A stretch of 64,000 nt of DNA from an uncultured Candidatus Saccharibacteria bacterium (GTDB lineage: Bacteria > Patescibacteriota > Doudnabacteria > UBA920). The stretch is taken from assembly GCA_964505635.1 (NCBI GenBank), contig CAZDIP010000003.1, positions 15,313 to 79,312 of the forward strand, written 5' to 3'. Both the position numbers and the translations under genes were made by a program. How positions within the stretch are numbered: the stretch's first letter is position 1; each line of letters starts with the position of its first letter. Of the stretch, positions 17,974 through 28,407 are shown in pieces. Under the pieces are notes generated by a model, which searched no databases, had not been told where the DNA came from, and worked only from the letters and a program-made list of their open reading frames with translations.

Positions 17974-19185
17974 TTATTGAATATTTTGACTGATATTATA
18001 AATCGGAGCAATTAATGCCATGGCCAAAAGTCCCACTATGCCGCCAATAAGCAATAAAAGTAATGGTTCAATAACCGAAGAAAGGTTTCTTAAGGTAGTA
18101 TCTACTTCATCTTCGTAATGCAATGCCAACTGTTCTAAAATATTTTCCACGGTTCCGCTTTCCTCCCCTACCTGGAGCATTTGAACGACTAAAATTGGAA
18201 AAAGCTGGTTATTACGGTTTAGACTTTCAGTCAATGGCTTACCAAGTTTGACATCAACAGAAGACTGTGAAACCAACTCTCTGTAAGGAATATTGGACAA
18301 GGAATTACTTGCTACTTCCAAACCCTGCACTATGGGTATTCCGCTTTTTAACAAAGAGCTCAAAATTCTGGAAAATCTTGCCAAATTAATCTTTTTTATT
18401 ATGTTGTTAATTACATAAAAATGCAAAAAAAATATATCAAATGCTTTTTTCCCAGGATAGGTTTTATATATTGATATTATAGCAATAACCAAACCTATTA
18501 TTCCAAAAATAACCAGCGTGCCGTTAGCACTCATAAAATCAGCTACGGCTATAACGGCTTTGGTGGTTGCGGGTAAATCTGTGTTAAATTCCTTGAAAAT
18601 AGAAGTTAATTTAGGCAAAACAAAAATTGACATTAAAATACCTATAATCAACATTGCCCCCACAATTACTGAAGGATAAATCATGGCGCCCTTGGCCTTG
18701 CTTCTAAGTTCATATTCTCTTTGCAGCTGAATGCTTAAATATTCCAAGCTTTTGTCTAAATTGCCCGATATCTCCCCAACTTTTATCATGCTAATAAAAA
18801 TATTTGTAAACACCGAAGGATACTTTTCCATGGCCTCTGACAGACCCTTGCCTGACTGAACCTGCGAATAGATATCTGCAATAATATTTTTAAATCTGGG
18901 GTTTTGGGTCTGCTTTACTAAAATTTGCAAAGCGCGGCTGACAGAAATTCCCGCCTTTAACATAATGCTCAAATTTTCAATAAACCCTATTTTTTCCTGT
19001 AGAGAAATGGTTGAGAAACTTTTCAAAAAAACCATCGCGCTGGATTTGCGGGTTTCCTCAATTTGAGTAGGCAAAAGACCCTGTTCTTTCAAAATATGAC
19101 CGGCTGCTATTGCATTCGGGGCCTGGATGGTAGAAGATTCGTGTTTACCATCTTTTGTTAGCGCTTTGTAAGAAAATTCTGGCAT
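17974..19185 (-). CDS. pilC: type IV pilus platform protein PilC (GspF family)
   Basis: Two GspF-like repeats with three TM segments and a length of about 403 aa. Confidence 0.8.
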   Translation of the reverse strand: MPEFSYKALTKDGKHESSTIQAPNAIAAGHILKEQGLLPTQIEETRKSSAMVFLKSFSTISLQEKIGFIENLSIMLKAGISVSRALQILVKQTQNPRFKNIIADIYSQVQSGKGLSEAMEKYPSVFTNIFISMIKVGEISGNLDKSLEYLSIQLQREYELRSKAKGAMIYPSVIVGAMLIIGILMSIFVLPKLTSIFKEFNTDLPATTKAVIAVADFMSANGTLVIFGIIGLVIAIISIYKTYPGKKAFDIFFLHFYVINNIIKKINLARFSRILSSLLKSGIPIVQGLEVASNSLSNIPYRELVSQSSVDVKLGKPLTESLNRNNQLFPILVVQMLQVGEESGTVENILEQLALHYEDEVDTTLRNLSSVIEPLLLLLIGGIVGLLAMALIAPIYNISQNIQ

Positions 19186-19197
19186 TGTAGTAAAATA

Positions 19198-20949
19198 TTA
19201 TTCCTTACTTACCCTGACAATTTCTTCCAGCGTGGTTATTCCTTTTAAAGCTTTAATAAACCCGTCTTCCCACATAAGTATCATCCCTTCTTTTTCAGCC
19301 TGTTCCTGGATTTCCTGGGCTGATTTATGCTGCATGATCATATCACCAATAAGCGGGGTTACTTCTAAAATTTCATGAATGCCCACCCTTCCCCTATAAC
19401 CTGAATTGTTGCATTTATCACAACCATGGCCTTTAAAAAATTTCAAATCTTTTATGCTCTTAACTTTATTAGCCAACCCTTCCCTGCTTAAAGTAGTATA
19501 AAATTTTTCCAAATGAAATTGTTTACCTAAACTGTCTTCAAAAGCCTGATCAATTTTTACTTCTTCGGAACAATCCTTACAAATAACCCGAACCAATCTC
19601 TGAGCCAAAACCGCGTTAACTGTAGAAGCAATCAAAAAACTCTCCACGCCTATATCAATCAACCTGGGCAAAGCTCCTGCGGCGCTATTGGTGTGTAAGG
19701 TAGAAAATACTATATGGCCGGTCATGGCAGCATGAACCGCTTCTTCAGCCGTTTCCTTGTCGCGAATTTCGCCGATCATTATAACGTTAGGATCCTGTCT
19801 TAAAAGTGCCCTTAAACCCATGGCAAAAGTCAAACCTATTTTTGGATTAACCTGCATTTGATTTGCACCGACAATTCTATACTCCACCGGGTCTTCAATG
19901 GTGGATATATTAACCGATTTGCTGTTTAACATAGACAAAACCGTATATAAAGTGGTGGATTTACCACTACCAGTAGGGCCGGTAACCAAAAGCATGCCGT
20001 GAGGCTTTTTTATACTGCGCATGATTGTATCATATGCCGATTTTTCAAATCCCAAATCTTCCAAACTCTGCGCTTTAGCGGATTCATCTAAAAGCCTCAT
20101 GACTACTTTTTCCCCATCAAAAATCGGGATCGTAGAAACGCGCAAAGAAAACTTGAAACCGTCTTTTTCAATCTTAAAACGCCCGTCTTGCGGCAACCTA
20201 TGTTCGTCTATTTTTAAATTGGAAAGAACTTTAATTCGCGCGACAATAGCGGCTTGAATAACTTTTGGCAAAGTCATAACATCATGCAAGACGCCGTCTA
20301 TACGATATCGAACGCTGACTGAATTTTCCTGCGGTTCTATATGGATGTCGGAAGCTTTTTCAAAAATAGCATATTCCAAAAGCGTATCCACCACCCGGAT
20401 AACAGGCACTTCCTCAGCCATCTTTTTCAAACCATCCTCTATTTCTTCCGCGGTTTCAGGCCCTTTGGTTAAAGCTTTGCTGGGTGCCGCAAATAAGTGT
20501 TTAATTTCCTTTTCCAAGCTGGTATGGTATTTAGATAGGCCGAAATCCAGGCTTGTTTTACCGATTAAAAACGCCTTAATTGCCAAACCGGTTTTCTTGT
20601 GAATAAACTCTTTAGTCTGAATGTCTTCCGGATCTGTCATAGCTAAAGACAACTCGTCTTTGCTTTTAGCATAACTTATTACCTGATGGCGATGAGCTAT
20701 GGGCTCAGGTACTAAATTTAAAACTTCTTGGGGAATTTGCAATTCCCTTAAATCCACAATTGGGACACTTAAAATCTCAGCTTTTGTTTTAAGCAACTGT
20801 TCTTCTGTAACAATCTTTTTTTGAACTAAAAAATCTTCCCAACTAACTGATGCTTTAGTTGAGCTAAGCTCTTTTTCCAGTTGAGAAAGGTTATTTTCTG
20901 TGATTAATTTCTTTTGTTTTAGAGCAGTATTAAGCTGCTTTTTATCCAT
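19198..20949 (-). CDS. pilB: type IV pilus assembly ATPase PilB (GspE family)
   Basis: Walker A GPTGSGKST, a His box (TLHTNSAAG), the Asp box, an N-terminal GSPII domain and a C-terminal CxxC-CxxC zinc site. Confidence 0.85.
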   Translation of the reverse strand: MDKKQLNTALKQKKLITENNLSQLEKELSSTKASVSWEDFLVQKKIVTEEQLLKTKAEILSVPIVDLRELQIPQEVLNLVPEPIAHRHQVISYAKSKDELSLAMTDPEDIQTKEFIHKKTGLAIKAFLIGKTSLDFGLSKYHTSLEKEIKHLFAAPSKALTKGPETAEEIEDGLKKMAEEVPVIRVVDTLLEYAIFEKASDIHIEPQENSVSVRYRIDGVLHDVMTLPKVIQAAIVARIKVLSNLKIDEHRLPQDGRFKIEKDGFKFSLRVSTIPIFDGEKVVMRLLDESAKAQSLEDLGFEKSAYDTIMRSIKKPHGMLLVTGPTGSGKSTTLYTVLSMLNSKSVNISTIEDPVEYRIVGANQMQVNPKIGLTFAMGLRALLRQDPNVIMIGEIRDKETAEEAVHAAMTGHIVFSTLHTNSAAGALPRLIDIGVESFLIASTVNAVLAQRLVRVICKDCSEEVKIDQAFEDSLGKQFHLEKFYTTLSREGLANKVKSIKDLKFFKGHGCDKCNNSGYRGRVGIHEILEVTPLIGDMIMQHKSAQEIQEQAEKEGMILMWEDGFIKALKGITTLEEIVRVSKE

Positions 20950-21049
20950 AAATAAATTTGGCTTATTTTTGTTTCTAATTTAAACCAACTTTACCTTTAT
21001 TATACCAGAAAAAATATTAAAAGCAAAAAAATACCGCGCTGTCATTTAT

Positions 21050-22351
21050 TTAACGTCCCTGCCAAGTAAAAATATAATAAAATGTCTTTAAAATTATTTC
21101 TAAGTCGAAAACTATGCCGCGATTTTTTACGTAGTACAAATCATACTGAAGCTTCTCCATACTTTCTTCCACGGTGGAAGCGTAGACATTCAGTTGCGCC
21201 CAGCCTGTAATTCCCGGTTTGACTAAATGACGTTCATCAAAAAAGGGAATTTTATTCTTCAAATCTTCAACAATTTGCAATTGTTCCGGCCTGGGTCCGA
21301 CCAGGCTCATGTTGCCCAAAACTAGGTTGATAAATTGAGGCAGTTCATCTAAACGACTTTTGCGCAAAAATTTGCCAAAAAAAGTTATACGGGAATCATT
21401 TACCATGGTCCAGGTATCGGTAGACCCGCCTGCCATAGTTCTATACTTATAAACCTTAAAAATCTTACCCTGTTTACCAACGCGTGGCTGAATAAAAAAT
21501 ATTGTCCCTTTGGAATCTAATTTAATTAACAGCGCAATAACCGGTAGAGTTATTAAAAAAAATACGAACCCAACCAAACCAAAAATTAAATCCAATATTC
21601 TTTTTAAAAAATTGTAAAAACGCTTTTCTTTATATGCGATATTTTCCAAAAACCAAACTTCGTTAATTTGGGATAGATAAACTTTTCGCAATAGATTTTC
21701 GTAAAAATACTTGTGGTTATAAAATTCCACACCCAATTTCCTTAGTTCGTAAAACTTTTTCATAACTTTAGGATTGGCGGCCAAAGCTTCCGGCAAAACA
21801 ATGCCCGAACCTTTTAAAAAATCCATTTTCTCCAGAGACTGTTCGTTTAGGTGGCCAATAACCTTATAACCCAAATAGCTCTGCTGCTTTATAGCTTCTT
21901 CCAGCTCGCTAAGTTCGCGGTTAAAAGAAAACAGGTAAATATTTTGAATCAAACGATTTTTTAAATTATATTTGACTATCAGATGCCAAAACAAAATTAA
22001 CATAAAAGCTATGCTGCCGTTTATAAGTAAAAACCTTCTAGGAGTCAAAATTAAATCCGGTTGAAAATAAAAATAAACAACAGCAACCAAAATGTTTATC
22101 AGCATAGCTGTCAGCAAGTTAAGAGCCATAACGGTATAGCGCCTGAATGAAGCTACATCAAAAATTCCATATAAATTAAAAACCGCTAGCCACAAAACAA
22201 ATATAACCGAAAAAGCGTTTAAATGATTCGTCCAAAGCTCCGAATTCAAGGTAGTTTTATACCTTAGAAAGACGGACAACCAGAGACTGATAAATAACAA
22301 AACAGTGTCGGGAATAACCACCAACCAAAAAATTGTAAATTTTCTTGACAT
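21050..22351 (-). CDS. undecaprenyl-phosphate sugar phosphotransferase (WbaP/bacterial sugar transferase family), initiating enzyme
   Basis: N-terminal TM bundle. C-terminal catalytic domain with the LVGPRPE signature. Confidence 0.8.
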   Translation of the reverse strand: MSRKFTIFWLVVIPDTVLLFISLWLSVFLRYKTTLNSELWTNHLNAFSVIFVLWLAVFNLYGIFDVASFRRYTVMALNLLTAMLINILVAVVYFYFQPDLILTPRRFLLINGSIAFMLILFWHLIVKYNLKNRLIQNIYLFSFNRELSELEEAIKQQSYLGYKVIGHLNEQSLEKMDFLKGSGIVLPEALAANPKVMKKFYELRKLGVEFYNHKYFYENLLRKVYLSQINEVWFLENIAYKEKRFYNFLKRILDLIFGLVGFVFFLITLPVIALLIKLDSKGTIFFIQPRVGKQGKIFKVYKYRTMAGGSTDTWTMVNDSRITFFGKFLRKSRLDELPQFINLVLGNMSLVGPRPEQLQIVEDLKNKIPFFDERHLVKPGITGWAQLNVYASTVEESMEKLQYDLYYVKNRGIVFDLEIILKTFYYIFTWQGR

Positions 22352-22362
22352 ATTATTAATCG

Positions 22363-22911
22363 CTAATCAAATAATTCAACATTTTTAAATATGGGAAAAT
22401 TGGCATCCCTTTCGGCTAAAATAGGGTTTGCAATCGGCCAAACAATACCCACTTCAGAGTCATTCCACACTAGTCCCCGTTCCAGTTTGGGAGCGTATTC
22501 CTGAGTGGTTTTATATAAAACCGAAGTATTGTCTTCTAAAGACAAAAAACCATGAGCGCAACCAACCGGCACATAAAGCCCTAAGCCATTTTCACTGTTT
22601 AATTCAACACTCAGCCATTTTTTAAAAGCTGGGGAACTCTTACGCATGTCCACTACTACATCTAAAATTGAACCGCTAAGCACTCTTACAAACTTGCCTT
22701 GGCCTTGGGGTTCTAATTGGTAATGCATGCCTCTTAAAACGTGTCTTTTTGATTTGGAAAAATTATCCTGCTTAAAATTTGCCGTTATACCAACGGCTTC
22801 AAATTCCGAGGCCTTATAACTCTCTAAAAACTCCCCTCTGGCGTCAGAAAATTTTTTCGTCTCAACCTGAAAAACACCGGGTATATTTAATTCTTTAAAA
22901 GAAAAGGGCAT
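22363..22911 (-). CDS. rfbC: dTDP-4-dehydrorhamnose 3,5-epimerase
   Basis: RmlC cupin motifs (FSDARGEF, RGMHYQ, the ...HGF... segment) and a length of 182 aa. Confidence 0.8.
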   Translation of the reverse strand: MPFSFKELNIPGVFQVETKKFSDARGEFLESYKASEFEAVGITANFKQDNFSKSKRHVLRGMHYQLEPQGQGKFVRVLSGSILDVVVDMRKSSPAFKKWLSVELNSENGLGLYVPVGCAHGFLSLEDNTSVLYKTTQEYAPKLERGLVWNDSEVGIVWPIANPILAERDANFPIFKNVELFD

Positions 22912-23647
22912 ATAATTTTATACGAATGTATAGAATAATTCGGGAAAAAAAATAAAAAGGGTAATTGTTCTTTTCCCGACTAATTAACAAAAACTGCTTT
23001 TGCCAAAATTTTAATAATTTATCTGTATTATAACTTGGTTTAAGATAGTTTACAAAAGGCTCTCTAAAATTAAACATCTTGCCCAAAATTCCCATTCTAA
23101 GCCATAAATCATAGTCTTCTGCCAGATCAATTTTATCTTTTATAAACCCTCCGGCTTTTATTGCAACTTCTTTTCTAAACATAACCGTTGAAGTAAAAAA
23201 TGGGTTTTTTAAAAGCATCCGGCGCCGAATTTTCCTGTCACTCTGGGGTCTCATTTTAATCTCCTGTTCTTTAATCTTAGATACAATTTGCATCCCCCCA
23301 CCGGCTAAAACATAATCTGGATTACTGTCTAAAAATTCCACCTGTTTTTTTAACTTATCTGCATTTACCCATTCATCATCGTCATCCAAAATCGCTACGT
23401 ATTTGCCGGTAGAAGACTGCAGTGCTTCTTGCCTGCTTTTTATAATACCTTCCGATACCGAATGCCTAATTATCTTAATATTTAAATGTTTAAAAAATTC
23501 TAAAACCTTATTTATATCTTCAATTGACCCGTCGTCAACCACCACAATTTCATAATCGGTAAAGCTCTGCTTTTCTACCGAAACCAAAGCTTTTTTAAAT
23601 AGCTCACTGCGGTCTCTCGTTAAAATATTAACTGAAACTTTCGGCAT
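22895..23647 (-). CDS. glycosyltransferase family 2
   Basis: VSVNILTRDR...DYEIVVVDDGS DxD-type GT2 N-terminus. Confidence 0.7.
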   Translation of the reverse strand: MPKVSVNILTRDRSELFKKALVSVEKQSFTDYEIVVVDDGSIEDINKVLEFFKHLNIKIIRHSVSEGIIKSRQEALQSSTGKYVAILDDDDEWVNADKLKKQVEFLDSNPDYVLAGGGMQIVSKIKEQEIKMRPQSDRKIRRRMLLKNPFFTSTVMFRKEVAIKAGGFIKDKIDLAEDYDLWLRMGILGKMFNFREPFVNYLKPSYNTDKLLKFWQKQFLLISREKNNYPFYFFSRIILYIRIKLYALFF

Positions 23648-23651
23648 AATT

Positions 23652-24446
23652 TTAGTTTTTTAATTCGGCTAAATAATTACTGGTTATAAAAATTTCCTGT
23701 GTCTCCGAATATTGACTTATGGGGCTTAAGCCGTCTTTTAAAATCAGAAACAAAGAATAATCTGGCGATAATAGCCTAAAAAAATCTTTAAAAAAGACTC
23801 GGGCGTCGATGTCTGTGCCCCCGAATTCAAACTGGATAAAACGAATTTTTTTATTTTTCAGCATGGCAGCCGCGCCTTTTAAAACCGAAAATTCATACCC
23901 TTCTACGTCCAATTTCAAAAAATCAATCTTCTCAATCTGGTTTTTTTCGCAAAAACTGTCTAAAGTTGTAACCATTACTGTTTCCGTAAAATGCAAGCTG
24001 GCTCTCAAGTGGCCTAAATCACGGTTTAACAGCGAGGCCAAACCCGAACCTGGGCTGTCGGAAAATAAAACAGATTCCCCTGTTTTTTCCCCAAAAGCCA
24101 CATTAAAAACTAAAACTGGAAAATTTTTAAACTTATTCATTAAATCTTTAGCCAATGCCTTTGCCGGTTCAAATATTAAAATTTTAAAACTTTTATTCCC
24201 ATTGCGCTCATTTAGCCATAACTCACTATATTCGCCTTTGTTCGCCCCCACATCAAAAACTATTTGAATATCAGGCTGTTTTTTTAAAACGTATTTTATA
24301 ACAAAGGCTTCCCCACTAAAAGCAGGCATTGCTCCCCCGCCAAAATTCATACCTTTTAAAGACAGCAGATGTAAAAAAGCAAAAAATTTATAACTTAATT
24401 TTCTGCCTAAAAAAAAGCTGAGAATGTTTTTAAAAAACTTTTTCAT
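23652..24446 (-). CDS. FkbM-family methyltransferase
   Basis: FDVGANKGEYS SAM-binding motif and an FkbM-like length and order. Confidence 0.65.
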   Translation of the reverse strand: MKKFFKNILSFFLGRKLSYKFFAFLHLLSLKGMNFGGGAMPAFSGEAFVIKYVLKKQPDIQIVFDVGANKGEYSELWLNERNGNKSFKILIFEPAKALAKDLMNKFKNFPVLVFNVAFGEKTGESVLFSDSPGSGLASLLNRDLGHLRASLHFTETVMVTTLDSFCEKNQIEKIDFLKLDVEGYEFSVLKGAAAMLKNKKIRFIQFEFGGTDIDARVFFKDFFRLLSPDYSLFLILKDGLSPISQYSETQEIFITSNYLAELKN

Positions 24447-25183
24447 TGGATTTTGGTAAAAATAAACATGCCACAGGCGTAGTTAGCATTTTCGTAATCG
24501 TTTGGATGAGCATGGGACAAAAACCTACCTTGGTCGTTAACCACCGCAAATTCTAAAAATTTTAAACTTTTAAAATACTCTAAAATCAATTTTGGACTAT
24601 GCACCCTATGCGCGTTAAAGTAAGTGACTGTTTTACCGACAGGCAAAGCAAAATACAGCCTGCCGCCGGGCTTTAAAACACGAGCCAATTCAGCGCAGGC
24701 TTTTTTGGTTCCTAAAGGGTCTAAAGGATCGCCATACCTACCCAGGCCAATATGTTCCGCAACATGTAAGCACGATAAAGAATCAACAAAGTTGTCTTTA
24801 AAAGGCAAACTTAAAATACTACCTTCAATGCAGGTAAAATTATCAAAATCCAAAGTAATAGGGCGAATATCAACAAATTCCAACTTAGTTACTATAGAAA
24901 CCATGGATAAAAAACGAATGGAAGAACCCACGTCCACATGGCTTGGGGGTCTTGCATTAAGCAAATGCTTAAAAGCCCATCTGTCCATATACACATAATG
25001 CTTGTCAAAAGTATGACTTTTGGGATCTTTGTCAAAAACCTGAGGAAATATTTTTAAACTTCCTTCTGGCTTGTTTATATTCCAAACTAAATAATATCTG
25101 AAGTAGTCGCGCGAAAACCAAAAAATTCCGCCCAAAAACACCTTAAACATCCGCCATAATTTTTTTAAAATTTTTTTAAACAT
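24443..25183 (-). CDS. class I SAM-dependent methyltransferase (DUF268-like)
   Basis: VDVGSSIRF glycine-rich SAM motif region and LKPGGRLYF motif. Confidence 0.45.
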   Translation of the reverse strand: MFKKILKKLWRMFKVFLGGIFWFSRDYFRYYLVWNINKPEGSLKIFPQVFDKDPKSHTFDKHYVYMDRWAFKHLLNARPPSHVDVGSSIRFLSMVSIVTKLEFVDIRPITLDFDNFTCIEGSILSLPFKDNFVDSLSCLHVAEHIGLGRYGDPLDPLGTKKACAELARVLKPGGRLYFALPVGKTVTYFNAHRVHSPKLILEYFKSLKFLEFAVVNDQGRFLSHAHPNDYENANYACGMFIFTKIQ

Positions 25184-26087
25184 CTAAAATTTTCAAAAGT
25201 TTGTTAGCACATAATTTGTCTGTAAAATTACTAAGGCTATACTGTCTGGGATTAAAACTCTCTAAACTTTGTAAAAACTTTGTTAGCGTGGAATTTAACT
25301 CTTCGAGGTCATGAAAAAACAAACCACATTCCGAAGACATATAAGGGGCAGAGATTTTTTCTGCTTTCCAAAATAAATCTGCGTTTTTAAAAAACCCCCT
25401 GTCATAAACCAAAGTTGGGATATTTGCCATCCAAGCTTCATTTAAAGCCAATCCCTGGCTTTCACTGTCGGATAAATAAATCATCGCGCGCGCAATACTT
25501 AAAATAGTAAAATATTTTATGTGCGTAAATTTTCCATATTCTAAAAGTTCAAACTTGATTTTTTGCTTGTTCAGTAAATCAGTAACCGGCTTAATAAACT
25601 CCGTGTTCCCTGTTTTGTGATAAATTATTATAGGTCCATTTTTATCCCCCATACTTCCCAGATCCTCAACACCCGCAGCCCAGACTTCCACCCTGCCTAA
25701 AAGCTTTTTTGACAGGTTTTCAAAAAAATTTTTAACCCACACGCTAGGGACTAATATTTTATCTATGGCTTCAGACTCTAAAATTGCGCCCTGGTCTTGC
25801 GGTGAATTAACAATATTTGGCCCAACTACTAAATACCGAATAACGCCTTTTTGTTTTTGATTTATCGCCCACTTTAAGGTTTCAACCCCGCTTAAAACGC
25901 AGGCTGTAACACCCGTTTCTTTTGGCGCCTTATTCCATAAAAAATTATTGTTTAACTCCTTAAGTCCCCTGATTAAAGACATTTCCACGCTCTTGGGTCC
26001 TCCCAAACTTTTTCTAACCAGTCTCTTTATTACCCGTTTTAGCCTAGGCCAGAAAAAAAAATTTTCGGTATAAAGATAAATAGGCAT
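25176..26087 (-). CDS. glycosyltransferase-like protein (GT1/GT4-type C-terminal domain)
   Basis: ESQGLALNEAWMANIPTL resembles the E-x7-E nucleotide-sugar binding motif. Confidence 0.4.
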   Translation of the reverse strand: MPIYLYTENFFFWPRLKRVIKRLVRKSLGGPKSVEMSLIRGLKELNNNFLWNKAPKETGVTACVLSGVETLKWAINQKQKGVIRYLVVGPNIVNSPQDQGAILESEAIDKILVPSVWVKNFFENLSKKLLGRVEVWAAGVEDLGSMGDKNGPIIIYHKTGNTEFIKPVTDLLNKQKIKFELLEYGKFTHIKYFTILSIARAMIYLSDSESQGLALNEAWMANIPTLVYDRGFFKNADLFWKAEKISAPYMSSECGLFFHDLEELNSTLTKFLQSLESFNPRQYSLSNFTDKLCANKLLKILDV

Positions 26088-26090
26088 AAA

Positions 26091-27335
26091 TTATTTTTTA
26101 ATTAAGCATTTTTGCAGCCACTTTTCAAAATCTTTAGAATGCCTCTCTATGGAAACCAATGGAATGGCAGCTTGCCTTGCCTTCTCACCCATCTCCAAAA
26201 GCTTGCCAGCCTGCCACTGCTTAATAAAAAACTCCATAAACTCGGCATACTGTGTGCTATTGTCCACATCCGCCACTCTTGAAAATTCCGGTTTTAAATA
26301 TTCTAAATGAGCATTCCAAATTCTTGATTTATGACTGATTACAGGGCGGCAACACAGCATAACCTGAGCAATATTTAAACCAAAAGATTCTCCGTCAGCG
26401 CGAAAATGGGCTAAAATGTCCATTGCATAATAAAAAGCCCACAAATCTTCCGTTCTTCCTGACCCCGGCAAAAAATGAACGTTTCTAATTTTTTCATCCT
26501 GAACCTTTTGTTGCAAAATTGGAGCGGGCGAAATAATTAAATAATGAATATTTGGATATTTTTTTTGCACTATTTTATACGCTTCAATGCCTATGGGATC
26601 ATATACATCGTCTGAGTTCCTGCCTATTCTTCCAAACACCAAATCACCATCGGGTATGCCCAGCGTTCGCCTTAATTTTATACCTTCTTCGGCTGAACTT
26701 GGCAAAGGTTCTTCGGAGGGCACATATGCTACCTGGATTTTATCTTTTGGTACGAAATTTTTTAGCTTTGCAGCAACTTCCTGCGAAATACACAGATGGC
26801 ACGCTATATTTTTTTGCAAATTTGGCTGGCCAAAAACGTTTACAAAAATTATTGGGATATTTTTTACAGCAGAAAAAGGGAAATTGGCATGGCCAGAACC
26901 CGCTGTCACCAAAACATCTATTTGAAAATCAGAAATAACGCGAAAAATGTCAGGCGTCATAACGCTTAATCCGTATGGCATTCGGTTTTCTATTTTACCA
27001 TAGTCAAACCGAATCGGGTAAACTCCCCCGTCCATAACCCAAGCCAGCCTGGAAGAATAGTCCTGCACCCCGGTTGTCTCAAGCGGCTTGTCTGAAAACA
27101 TAAAATAAACATCGTATTTTGACTTATCAGCATATTTTGCCAAAAGTTGTAAAAAAGTTTCAGTGCCGCCATAAGCCATGCCGGTTAAATGGTAGAATAA
27201 AATTCTGGGTTTGGGTTTTATTCTTTTCTTAAAAATATTTTTAAAGCGCAATAAAAATATGCTTATAATTACATACCATTCTCTCATAAGCCAATAAAAA
27301 TAACTTCGGTTTTTTAATCTTGTATGCAAAGACAT
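26091..27335 (-). CDS. glycosyltransferase-like protein (GT4-like)
   Basis: GESFGLNIAQVMLCCRPVIS E-x7-E-like motif in the C-terminal half. Confidence 0.45.
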   Translation of the reverse strand: MSLHTRLKNRSYFYWLMREWYVIISIFLLRFKNIFKKRIKPKPRILFYHLTGMAYGGTETFLQLLAKYADKSKYDVYFMFSDKPLETTGVQDYSSRLAWVMDGGVYPIRFDYGKIENRMPYGLSVMTPDIFRVISDFQIDVLVTAGSGHANFPFSAVKNIPIIFVNVFGQPNLQKNIACHLCISQEVAAKLKNFVPKDKIQVAYVPSEEPLPSSAEEGIKLRRTLGIPDGDLVFGRIGRNSDDVYDPIGIEAYKIVQKKYPNIHYLIISPAPILQQKVQDEKIRNVHFLPGSGRTEDLWAFYYAMDILAHFRADGESFGLNIAQVMLCCRPVISHKSRIWNAHLEYLKPEFSRVADVDNSTQYAEFMEFFIKQWQAGKLLEMGEKARQAAIPLVSIERHSKDFEKWLQKCLIKK

Positions 27336-27342
27336 GCTAAAT

Positions 27343-28407
27343 CTAAATATAAAAATTTTTATTTAAATATTTAAAGTTTTTTTTATACCATTCTACGGTT
27401 TTTTTTATGCCTGTTTCAAAACCGACTTTTTGTTTATAGCCTAACGAAGCCAGTTTTGAAGAATCTTGGTACTCATCGGGTATTTCAATAAATTTAGGAG
27501 ATTCTTTCATCACCACGGGCTTGTATCTGCTTATTAATTTTTGCAAAACTTCCACTACTTGCTCCACGCTTTTTACATTTTTATTATACTTAAACTTGCT
27601 AATACCAGATCCAATATTAAACACCGGCCAACCTACAGTACCCAGACCCTGTTTTGGTGCATTTTCCAAATTATCACCATAATACCCGGATAGTTTTTCT
27701 GCCAACAAAATATAAGCATCAACCGCGTCGTCAATATAAATATACTCCCTTAAAATATTAGCGTGGCCGGCTTTTATTTGAGGTGGTTTTTTATTCAGCA
27801 AAAGCATGGCGGTCTTAGGTATAAGCCTTGAAAAATTAACATCGCCCGGGCCATAAATATTACAAGAACGCGCCACAGCAGATTTTATTCCATACTGATA
27901 GGTAAAAGCCCTTGTAATAATATCAGCGCAGACTTTTGAAGAACTGTAAATATCCAATCCTCTCAATCCATAAAATTCCTTATACGGTAAAGGTTCGGCT
28001 TCACCTTTTGCATGATGACCGTAAACTTTATCTGAAGATCCCAAAATAAATTCCCTGCAATCACTATGCCGCATGGATTCAAGTAAATTTAAAGTAGATA
28101 AAAAATTATCATTTAAGGTTTTTATTGGGTTCTTAAAAGCCTCGGATACAATAGCAAAGCCGGCAAAATGGAATACTGTTTTTGAGGCAGTTTTGTTTAT
28201 TAAAGATTTAACCTGGCTTAAATTAGCCAAATCACAAGCAATTAGTTTAATTCCCTTAGGGGGGTTGTGTTTTATACGATTCCTTGAAACACCGACTACT
28301 TGTGCCTTCAACTTAACCAGTTTCTTAGCCAAAGCCGTGCCGACAAAACCACCAAAGCCAGTTACCAGGACCTTTCTGTTTTTCCAAAAACTATTTTTAT
28401 TCGGCAT
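27343..28407 (-). CDS. NAD-dependent epimerase/dehydratase (CDP-glucose 4,6-dehydratase-like SDR)
   Basis: VLVTGFGGFVG Rossmann motif. YSSSK (YxxxK) catalytic motif. Length 354 aa. Confidence 0.65.
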   Translation of the reverse strand: MPNKNSFWKNRKVLVTGFGGFVGTALAKKLVKLKAQVVGVSRNRIKHNPPKGIKLIACDLANLSQVKSLINKTASKTVFHFAGFAIVSEAFKNPIKTLNDNFLSTLNLLESMRHSDCREFILGSSDKVYGHHAKGEAEPLPYKEFYGLRGLDIYSSSKVCADIITRAFTYQYGIKSAVARSCNIYGPGDVNFSRLIPKTAMLLLNKKPPQIKAGHANILREYIYIDDAVDAYILLAEKLSGYYGDNLENAPKQGLGTVGWPVFNIGSGISKFKYNKNVKSVEQVVEVLQKLISRYKPVVMKESPKFIEIPDEYQDSSKLASLGYKQKVGFETGIKKTVEWYKKNFKYLNKNFYI

